The notes under the pieces were generated by a model. That model was given only the letters and a program-made list of their open reading frames with translations. It did not search any database and had not been told where the DNA came from. DNA of 64,000 nucleotides from Penicillus capitatus (taxonomy: Eukaryota; Plantae; Chlorophyta): NCBI GenBank assembly GCA_965649825.1, contig OZ287697.1, forward strand, positions 1,350,351-1,414,350. The letters are read 5' to 3'. Positions within the stretch are counted from its first letter, which is position 1, and every line of letters starts with the position of its first letter. Shown here piece by piece: positions 9,155-19,900 of this stretch. A program made the position numbers and the translations under genes.

Positions 9155-9729
9155 TGTCGCCGAGCGATGTGACGCTGCCTCGTTTTTGGGGAGGCCACAT
9201 CATGGGGGGTCTTGGTTGAATCACCCAAGGCCATTTTCTCTGGCTCTGAGGCTAGGGTGATTCACCTGCCTCGCCAAGTCGCGTCACCATACGGGTATAA
9301 AATGAACAATCTGGACGTGTTTTCGCCTTGCTCTGTAACTTGTGAAGTCTTCCGCTGTTATCGTTTCGTTCGGCACCTCCGCGCGACAGCCGCTTTTTCA
9401 ACCGTCGCGTCGAGTCGTCTTTGAATCGTCCACCGAACGCAGACGTCGGTCACTGGTCTCTCGGGAATCAAATCCACCGATTTGACGACCGTCTCTTCCT
9501 CGACGCACAGCCGAGAGCTTCCGCCGATGTCGAATCCATGCTGATCGATAATTTGATTCGCTCGTGGGCCAGCTCGGCTGGGGCAAATCTCGATGTCGAT
9601 GGGGTGATGGTGATGTTTGACGCCGAACGGAACACGATTAGATATCAAAGGATAGAAAGTCCCCATGCTCTGAATCCTCTCCTTCACGATTCGAGCACGC
9701 CCTGACAGATAACCGCGAGAGGCGCAAAC

Positions 9730-10130
9730 GCAACACAAATGAGGCACCGCTGCTTCACGCTTTTCCCATTCTGTCGACTCTCCCTCACGAGAGGTGCTGT
9801 CAGACGACCGTGTTAAGGAGTAAGGATAGGCTTTCTGCGTCGCACCTGATAAGCTTGAGAGTTGACAAGATTCCGAACGCATCTGGAATCTTGTTCCATG
9901 ACAGGAGATGACACTGAATCATTTGCTGTCATGCAGGTGACAGGCAGATAAAATGATGATGTATCCTAATCCCTCTGTCCACAGTAAATTTCATCATCTG
10001 TCACATCATGGAAAAACGATGTTGGCAGTTGTTGGCGTGACCTGAATTTGCGTGACCCAGGAGAACAATCTGATCTAATCAAAGAGGTTCAAACATGTGT
10101 CAGGAACCAATGCAAACCCAGATCTTAAGC
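9730..10130. repeat. Diverged duplicate of the R2/R3 intergenic block 16480-16955
   Basis: Shared blocks in the same order: TTCACGCTTTTCCCATTCT, GTCGCACCTGATAA, CAAGATTCCGAAC, CATCTGTCACATCATGGA, TGATCTAAT, ATCTTAAG. Confidence 0.7.
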
Positions 10131-10791
10131 TGTACCGCATTTTTCAGCATGCGAAATCGTGTCGCGGCCCATGACGTAGCAGTCGCTTCGACGCACCGAC
10201 CGCTCGCTCGCATCTCCACCATCGACATCTGCGTTTCGCTTTCAGTCGTGTATAACGACGTTGGGTTGCCGCAGCAGGAGAGACGCTGGATGACGAAAAC
10301 GCGACGATGGCAAGGAACCATTCGTGGAAGAATGGCGGCGGGTCGTTTTCCAAAAGCGTCTCTTCCGTCGTCTTTGACAGGCATTTTTGTCACTGGCACA
10401 GAGAAGCATAGAATGCGAGGTGTACGTGCGCAGGAATCGGAGTTGGACGTCGAACAACTTTCAGCCAGAACTCGCTATTCTTGTTAAAGATTCTAGCGTA
10501 TCAGCTCACAGCCACATCAAGCAAGCTCCCTCATCACATCAACAGCCGATTACATACACGATTATTTCTTCTGTAGCAAAGAATCAAGTAGGGTGCACCG
10601 TCCACGATTAATGCCGAGTGACGTTATGCTTCTTCCTACCCAGACTGCCATAGGCTGTCCGTCATTTAAAACATGCATGTATTAGTGTAAGCCAGAAACA
10701 CAAACAACTGGGATATCGTCGTCGACATTAGATTAAGATGTTCTTATGTTTTATGTTCAAATGAAGAGTGACGTTGTTGACCAATGAATGC

Positions 10792-13700
10792 TTAAACGCC
10801 GGAAGAAAGACTCGATTCATCGGGAGACCGGCCAAATCCCACATAGGGCATCAAGGACTGGAGATTGTAGCCCAGCCAGATCGTCAGAATCTTCAGTGTT
10901 CCGGCATCTGCATCGATGTGCGTTCCGCATTCGTTCATGGAGAGCTTAATGCACTTGGCACAGTACTTGAAAAGAAAAGAGAGAAGAACAAGAAAGATGG
11001 AGATGTTGAGAACAACGCAGATGATTGAGAGCGTCATTCCACGCCACTCTTTCGTGAGACCCTCACTTTCCAGTATGCTGGCTATCAGGATCGTCAGGTG
11101 CGAGACGAAAAGGGCAGACAAGTCTATTTTGTTCAGAGCATCAAATTCCTTTCTGTACGGCATCACTACAATCTGCAATCCCATCGCAAGCAAGATGAAG
11201 ATGGCGAGGGATGTGATAAAACCCAGACTGTCAAAGCGGTGGGCACAGAACACCAGAAAAGCAATGATCGCCTTCCTCAGCACGATGGAAACCTCCCAGT
11301 AGCGTCGCCACCCGGATCCATAGCCACGGTACAGGAATCCAGTGGTCCGATAGACCCACCTATCCGGATGGTCGAGCAGTTCTTTGGGCGATGTGAGGAT
11401 TGAGATGAAGGCGATGAGAAGTCCAACATAGACGATGCTTACGAACGGGAGAATCCAGATCACCAGCATCAAGTGTTGGCCCTCGAAGCATCTCAGACTT
11501 GTGTCCACTGCCCAATAACTGATCTCTTCATATTTTGTCGTGTCTATGATCTTCTCATCGTTCTGCGTTCCATCCAGAACGTTGTATACACGAACGCAGA
11601 GGACAACGCTAAGTGTTGTCTTAATCACTGATGCGGAGGTTATGTACCATAGTGCCATGAGTGAAAGCAAAGATCTCTGTGCGATGTAACGGAGTGGCCG
11701 TTGCATTTGATAAACGAGTGCCATTACCATCCAGAACGCAATGAGCAACAGGAATGCAGTAACAGGAACGACAGAAACGCTCACGATCGTTCCCCAGACG
11801 GTCGGATGAAGAAACTGCTTTGCTTTACTCAGACAGACAACGGAGCGCCGGATGCTCTCTGCGGCGAGCCCGCTGATGAACTCTATACAGCACAGAACGA
11901 CGATAAGGTAATGCAGATGGTCGACATGGACATCTGAGGACCTGCTATCTTTCCCAGGATGAGAACAGGAAATGCCCATCCAACATTCAAGGTTGCAATC
12001 AGCACTGTCACTTGAACGTAGTTCAGCGTTATCTGCAACAACGGTCACTGTTAGGGAAGAAAACGTGCACGATTGTCACACCTTGAACATCTCGGTAACT
12101 CTCCATTGTGCCAGGGCCGCTTCAGTCACATGCACCATTTCTGCTGAGGAATCTATACCTTCGACCTCGTGTGATCTGTCAGAAAAGGCTTCTTCTCTCA
12201 GACTTTCTGACATGCTTCGGATCGAAAGATCTGATAGTTGAATGCTACGGGAAATCCGTCTGTGGCCGGAAAGCATCATCCGTTGGCGGTTTGTAGTGCA
12301 CAATGTTCCCTTGATCGTAATCCCGGATAAAAACAACAGAATCACTACTGATATGCAGATCACCAGTACATTGCCGGTTTTAACAGGACACTCTTGGCAC
12401 TTGGAAGAAAGAGAACTGCCGTATGAACTCTCACACGATCCGCAGAGTGGACCAGTGTAACCCTGCATACACAACAGAGATCGCCAACATCTGAGCAAAT
12501 TAGAATTCTAAACTTGCCTCTTCACACTGTGCCTGTTGATATTCTTCGATCTCCTTGCTGCTGATGTTGCAGTTGGAAATATCCCGTGTCAGTTGCTCCA
12601 GTTTCTCAACGCGTTTCTTGTTGTGACATGCGTCCGCGCTCAGACATTTGCTGACGTTCTTGGAACAGGGTGATGCGTGCCAATATTCCTCGTTTGGCAA
12701 GATGATTTGACTGCTACAGTCTCCGTTCTCTGGACACGGACGACATTCGGCATCATTTTCTGGGGAGAAATTGAAAGAGACGGCGTTGCAAGACTCACAG
12801 AACGTCCCATTGCCGGAAGGAACTTCGCCAATGTCACATGGCTTCACCTCCACAGTGATCTCGAACCTCTCCAGGTCTGCTCCCTCGAACTCAATCAGAA
12901 CTCTGTAATTGCCAGGCTGCACGAAGCCAGTGGCACTGAAAGTCGTGCCTTCCATCCCCAGAGTCTTGCGAACACTTCCAGCCAAGAATCCATCCGGCGA
13001 GGACATTACAGCCTCGACGTCTTCACTGTTTTCTCCAACGGCCGGGCCTTGTCCGAGTTCATCCACGGCTGTTAAGACGATCAGGGGAATCGGTTCTCCG
13101 CTTCTATGTTTGTGCACGGTGTAATTACTCCCACTGACCAAACTCAGCGCTTCCATCTGTTCATCAACGATCTCCTTTCGGATATCGATTGCAGAGGTTG
13201 CCACATCCCGTCCGTATCTCCCAGCTGAATTATTCTCCCAGGATGTGCAGATGTCATCAACGGATGTCAGGCGCTTCATGAAGTCCCGCTGCTTCCCCGA
13301 ATAGAATTGCAGTGCCTGTTCTTTTGATTCAGCTGAGCAGTTCAGTCGGAGGCCAGCAACTGTGTCGATGAAGACAGCTCCGCCTGCGGACCCTGCTCTG
13401 TTGTTAATCATCGACGTGTTCACCAGAGCCACGACTCCACATTCATCCAGTTCTTCCAGACACGTCTGCGATATGGACTCAGTTTCGGCGGCGATCTGGA
13501 TCCCTCCTAAGTAAAGAACAGTGTGAACCTCTCACTCTGTCGGTCTTGTGATGAATACCTCCAAATCTGGCTGAGTTGTTGAAGATATCGCTGTTGTCCA
13601 GTTGCACGGAAATGGACTGAGTAAAACTATACTCAAAGAATATGGCTCCGCCGCGGGATGCTTCGTTGCCCGCCAGAGTACAGCCACTGCAGAGCAACCT

Positions 13701-16199
13701 TGATAAATTATATACGATGATGGCACCCCCATTTGTCATTGCCTCGCATTGTGAGATCTGTGTGCTGTAGATCTCAAAGACAGATTTGGAGAGGAAAAAG
13801 GCACCGCCTTGCTCACTGGCAAACATGTGAAGAGCTTCAGTCTTCCGGATAGAAACGTTTGAAGAGGATGCGTAGATTCCTCCGCCATTTCTTGCAGATC
13901 CCTCGGTAAAGTTGCACTTCCGAATCGACAACACAGAGCCTTTGATGCGTAGAGCACCACCAGATCTGGATGCTTTGTTCTGGTCAAACTGACTGTCGGT
14001 TATGATGCCAGAGGAGTTGCGTGCGAGGAAGATGCCCCCGCCAAATTCAGCCGAGTTGCCGGAGTAATGCGATCCCGTGTCTGTGAAACTGCAATTAGGA
14101 TAGCATTCGATCGCGCCGCCTCCCTCGGCCGCGCCGTTCTCCGAGAACGAGCAGTCCTTCACGCGTATCTTGGAAGTTCCGCCAGAGAGGAATCCACCAT
14201 ACTTATCTGCAATCAGACCAGACGCGAAGGTATCCTGGACGGAGACGATCGAAGAGAATGCGTAGATTCCTGCACCGTTTTCAGCAGATCCCTCGTTGAA
14301 GACGCATTTCTGAACCGAGAGGACAGATTCATCGACGTAAATGGAGCCACCAGATCTGGATGCTTTGTTCTGGTCAAACTGACTGTCGGTTATGATACCA
14401 GAGGAGTTGCGTGCGAGGAAGATGCCCCCGCCAAATTCAGCCGAGTTGCCGGAGTAATGCGATCCCGTGTCTGTGAAACTGCAATTAGGATAGCATTCGA
14501 TCGCGCCGCCTCCCTCGGCCGCGCCGTTCTCCGAGAATGAGCAGTCCTTCACGCGTATCTTGGAAGTTCCGCCAGAGAGGAATCCACCATACTTATCTGC
14601 AATCAGGCCAGACGCGAAGGTATCCTCGACGGAGACGTTCGAAGAGAATGCATAGATTCCTCCACCGTTTTCAGCAGATCCCTCGTTGAAGACGCATTTC
14701 TGAACCGAGAGGACGAAGTCTTGTACGTAGATGGAGCCACCAAATCTGGATGCTTTGTTCTGGCCAAACTGACTGTCGGTTATGATGCCAGAGGAGTTCT
14801 TTTCCACACGTATGGCTCCTCCATATCCTGCTTCGTTCTCTCGATACAGGCAATCTTTGATGGACGCTGTTGCATTCTTTAACTGCAGGGATGTATTGCT
14901 CGCACCTTTCTGGCTGAACGAGATCGAATTCCAAATGAATTGTGACCTTGACATGTTCAAGAAGCCTTCCACAACCTTGAGACTCATGCATCCGTTTTCT
15001 GAACTGTTCATGCGATCCACTGACGTCTCTGATCTAGGAGGTGCGTGAAAAACCGTCGTGTTGGTATTCTTAGAATCAAACGGTTTGTTCTGATGAATGA
15101 TGACGTCTCTCAGTCGATTCCGTCTAGACAGGATCACACCGCAGTGGCCATCGCAGGTGTTAGTCTCGAAGACGAAGTCGATCAGTTCCAGCTCAAAACA
15201 AGATGGAGATTGCATGGCGAGTCCTGCGCCATTGATCAGGATGTTATTCCTGAAACTGACGTGGTGGAACTGAATGGTGCCTCCATCGCGACTGGATACA
15301 CAGTTTTCAACTTCTACGATGGATCCAAAACTCCCAGATTCGAACGAGCACTCCTCAAAGATCAGATTGGCGAAAACGACACCCGCCGACCTGAACGTGA
15401 GGTCGACATCAGACAACTGCAGATTCGAGAACTCAAATCTCACCTCACCAAGAAAACACCCTCTCTTCTGTTCGGACAGGTTAAGGTCGCCTTTGCGTCG
15501 GAACGAGGGAACACACCTTCCTCGACCTCGGGACTGCTCACTAGGGCTGTCAATGTCAGTGGCCATGGTATGACGATGCGCGAAGAAGGCCGGATTCTGC
15601 TCTTCGAACTGAAGGAGAGGACGTCGCCTGGCTTCGTACAGTCGACAATGACTTGGATGTCATCTTCGACGTCAGTGAGAAGCGAACGGTCTATATTCCA
15701 CGTTCGCGTCTCTATGTTGAGATGGTCTCTGATGGTTCGCTCGCTGAACGAACAAGGAACGCCTGCTAAGACCAAGACCACTGGCGTCAAGAAAAAGCTC
15801 TCGAAGACACCAAGGAGCCTCACTTGTAGTAGCTTCGTCGCCAGAAACATCGTCTTGACGCAGAGAGCGGCCTTCATCCCGGCCTCTTCCAGCCATAGAC
15901 GGGTGTTCTTTCTCTGCCGCCTCGCGCGTCTTGGCCGTGAGGGGCGGAGCTGTACTGTGCGAGTGTTTCGTCGGGAACGAGGCAGACTCTTTCGCGCCAG
16001 GCGGTTCAGATGCCTTTCTTTCTGAGCGTGCAAACGGATGTGAGGTCGAGGTTTTGGCGGAAAAGGAAATGGTCGAGGTTTCTTCGGCTGTCTCTGCGGC
16101 TAAAGCTCGGCTTAGGTGAGACCTCCGACAGGTGAACTCGCCCGCATTTGTACTGAAGACGACGAAGGTCAGCAGCAGACCAAGGAAGGTACGTCGCAT
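10792..16199 (-). CDS. R2: Pmp-like beta-helix / Cys-rich / multi-TM surface receptor-like protein (complete)
   Basis: ATG 16199 with signal peptide MRRTFLGLLLTFVVFSTNA. Exons in ORFs 15672..16199, 15440..16033, 13479..15566, 12500..13432, 12076..12498, 10792..12048. Introns include 15443-15391, 13558-13507 and a GC-AG intron 12517-12463. Stop TAA. Confidence 0.92.
13945..14800. repeat. Near-identical 390-bp (130-aa, 5-rung) tandem duplication in the R2 beta-helix exon
   Basis: Anchor TGG[TC]CAAACTGACTGTCGGTTATGAT recurs at 13981, 14371 and 14761. Boundaries approximate. Confidence 0.92.
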
Positions 16200-16949
16200 T
16201 ATTCGTCAGGCGACTTAAGGACAGACTTCAACAGACGCTAGGGAACTGTGCGGCAGGCTTATGCAGTCAGAAAGAGGACAGTTGTACAACAAAATTAGCG
16301 GGAAGATGAGGTTTCGGTTATACGACTACAGTTGTAGTCCAGCTGCCACCATAGCCGTTCGTGAAACGCAGGGCACAAGCACATGTCCATGTTCTCCCGC
16401 TCGAATCCTGAATGCGGGAAGCGTAGCAATTCCCGTGTCCGTAGCGGGTCACCGTGAACAGCTCCGCCGCATTGGGTATGAAGCACCGCTCTTTCACGCT
16501 TTTCCCATTCTATCCATTCTCACTCTTGAGAGGTGTACCTAGACGACCGTCTATAGGGAAGAAAATTGGCTTCTTTCGTCGCACCTGATAAAGTTGACAG
16601 TCAACAAGATTCCGAACACGTCTGAAATCTTCTTCCGTGACGTCAGACGACGCGCTGAATCGATTTGAGCGTGTACCGTCATTTCTGCAAACGGATTTAA
16701 TTGGTGCCTTCCAGCATGGCATTTTTAGCGAACTGTATCGCCTGCTGTCCTGCAGGTGACAGCCTGCTAAGAATCGATGATGGATCTTTACATTCATATA
16801 CACGATACATTCTAGCATCTGTCACATCATGGATAGGAAACGACGATGGTCATTGTTGGCATGAACTGCATTCGTGTGGCCCCAGAGAAATAGAGTGATC
16901 TAATGAAAGGAATTAAGATACGTGTTAGAGACGAATGCAGACGCAAATC

Positions 16950-19900
16950 TTAAGGCGTGCTGTGGGTTTCGGCCTCAAGTTTGCGATGGAGTGCGGCAAG
17001 ACGACTGGCCCACTTTCGAATCACATTTCGTATAGATTCGGGCAGATGACCCACAAGATAGATGGCCAACACACGCAATCGACTTGCGTCGGCATCAAAG
17101 GAAACATTCTGATTCGTAAGCACAGCTCTGAGATGGTCTGCCATGGATCTCAATAGAATTACCAAAAGGAAGAAAAAGAACAGCAGATTGAGTAGCAGTA
17201 TCACCAAACCGATGGAAAGACGAGCGCTCGACGAGAGACGATCCGTATCGAAGCAGAGACTAGAAATAAACGTCAGGAGCGATATGAGCAGGGAGTAGCT
17301 TTCCAGGTTGTTCAGCAGATCGAGATCGTCTCTGAACGGTCGACAGGCTGTTTGCAGGTAGAGAGCGACGGTGAAGACGAAGGCAGCAAACATAACTTGG
17401 AGACTGGCACCGAGTGGATAGGCAAGAACGACAACACCAGCAATGACAGCCTTCCGTCCGATGACGACACATTCCCAGTAGCAGTGACTGTCTTTGTAGG
17501 ATTGATACATGAAACCGAAGAGATCTTGAGTCCAACCCTCGTTCCTGTGCGTCCGTTTGCCCAGAGAGATGACGCATGCGGTGATGAGGGGAAATCCCAG
17601 AGATAGCAAGATCAGACCGGGCCAGCCCACGACGCGTTCCAGCATCGCGTGGGATCCCTCGTGGCATCGAATGCTGGTGTCTGTAGTCCAGTATTGTGTT
17701 GCGGCCGTTTCCATGGTCTCCGTCAGTTCATTGACCTCGATGCAGTTGAGGATGTTGATGAAGGTGCTTGTCAGTGAGATGTAGCCCAGATGAAGAACGA
17801 CGACGACACTGAGGAACGCTCTCTTCGCGAGGTATGTCCAGTCTCGAGGATTGGACGGCATGACAATGATCCAGAAAAGAATGGAGATGAGGATGACAAG
17901 GCTGACGGCAGCAATGTCCATCAGGATGCCAAAAACGGATCGCTCCACGATGGCGCCGTCGGGAAGAAGACAATGCACAGCCCGTTCGATGGCATCCGCG
18001 ACGACACCACTGACAAGCTCTACAAGAACGGATGAGCAACTGAGTGCGTCAGATGGTGCAAATTTTTCATGTCGTTACCGGCAGCTTCGAATAGTCGGAC
18101 CAGATTTAGGTCCCAAGACACGTTAATCGAAACGGCCACGGCCGTTACTTGGGCATAGTTCACCGCAATCTGGCAAAAAATCTGGTCTCATGCAAAACGA
18201 TGAAGGATATTGCTTGCCTTGAAGACCTCGACCATCATCTTACGAGCCGACGAATCGGGGTTTGTGGAGCCAAGATTCGCTCTCATGGTGATCGCCGCCA
18301 GGACTAGGAAGACCAAAACGGACAAAAGCACGAGGAGGACATTCACAGCATCTGAGAAACACTCCTCGCACGAGACGAACTGGACCATTCCGTAACCGAT
18401 GTCACATGAACCGCAGAGCGGTCCTGCATATCCCTAAAAACACATGGCGATAGAGCTCGCATCCACATGCTGGCAAGGTACATACCTCGCTACACTGAGC
18501 TAATGTGTAGTTCTTGATGAACATTTCATTGAAGTCACAGTATTCCACATCATCTGTGAGTTCTAACAGTCTATGCTGCCGACTGACGTTGTTACAGGCA
18601 TCTGTAGAAAGGCATTTCTGAATGTGCGGAGAGCAGGGTGTCGGATGCCAATAGCCTTGATTGGGCAGGATGATTCTGGTGGTACAGTTTCCGTTGTCGG
18701 GACAAGGCAGACACTCGGAGTCTTCATCATCCAAGTCAAAGTTGTAGGTGGCGGCACTGCAGGGCTCGCAGGACGTCTTGTCTTCGGACGACTCTTCTCC
18801 GATCTTGCATCGCTGCACCTCCACCACGATCTCGAAATCTCTCAGCGTTTCTTCGCCGAATCCGAAGAGAATCCTGTAGTTGCCTGGTCGTGCGTGAGCA
18901 GTGACATTGAATTCCAGATCAGATTTCATGAGAATGCTGTAGTCTCCAGCGAAGAGATCGTCTGGAGATGAAATTGTGGATACGACAGGATGGTGATCTC
19001 TTCCAGTCGCCGGAGTCTGTCCGAAATCGTCAACGGCTCTGACAGCGACGGGAAAGGAGCTTCCGCTTCTGTAAGGTCCGATTCGGCATGGATCCTTCGT
19101 ATTGGAGACGGTCGTGTTTTCGCCGTTGAGTCTCACCGTTGCCACGATCGTGGAGGCGAAGGTGGCAGTATCGTCACCATACTGTCCAGCGGCGTTCTCC
19201 CTCCATGTCCCACAGACATCGTCCGTTGAGTTGAGTCTGCCGACGCAACGCTTCCGCGTGTGGACACCCGTCTTCCCCTCATTCTTCGAAGGGCAATCGA
19301 TGTACACATTCTGACTGCAGCCCATGAACACCGCTCCTCCTGCCTTGCGAGCTCTGTTGCCCACGAAACTCGTCTCCAATAGCCTGACGACTTCGCATTT
19401 GTCGGGATGGTTTGCATGTGACGTTTGATCACTGCTCGATACATGCAGACCTCCTAAAGAGCACACACATGCTATCTTCATACACTCGGGATGGGATCTC
19501 ACCTCCAAATCGAGCAGCATTATCGAGCACCTTGCATCTTCTGAGTTCGGCGATCAGACGTGTGCTGTTTCTGTAATCGAGAGAGAACGCTCCACCGTTG
19601 CCTTCAGCTCTGTTTCCTTCGAGGGTGCAGTCTGTGCACGAAAGAGAAGAATTCTCCCCTCTTAAGGCACCACCGTCGGCGGATGCTGCGCAGTCGGAGA
19701 CGAGGAGATTGGTTGCTTCGAAAGCGACAGACGATACTGAGATGGCTCCACCTCTTTCGGCACTGCCATTGATCATTTCGGCGTCTGTTATTGAGATTGA
19801 TCTCCCTGAACTCGCATAGATGAAGCCGCCATCCGACCCAGCGGTTCCTCCTCGAAACTCCGAATGCACGATCTTCAAACTGGATTCTTCGAGATGGAAG

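Larger units (their letters stand above)
7692..9388 (+). mobile_element. Complete non-autonomous LTR retroelement 1 (1697 bp; TR-GAG/TRIM-like, no pol)
   Basis: 234-bp LTRs at 7692-7925 and 9155-9388, identical by eye, with TGTCGC...GCGACA termini. 5-bp TSD GCCGC (7687-7691 and 9389-9393). PBS-like TGG start directly after the 5' LTR; purine-rich tract before the 3' LTR; single internal ORF. Confidence 0.93.

Noticed and set aside
9131-9230. Functional tRNA gene at the PPT/3' LTR junction
   Set aside because: Similarity stops before the anticodon arm; no T-arm or matching acceptor 3' strand follows.
5530-9388. Hammerhead ribozyme (retrozyme) in the LTRs
   Set aside because: I found no CUGANGA...GAAA core with flanking stems on either strand by eye; an Infernal search would be needed for a definitive exclusion.
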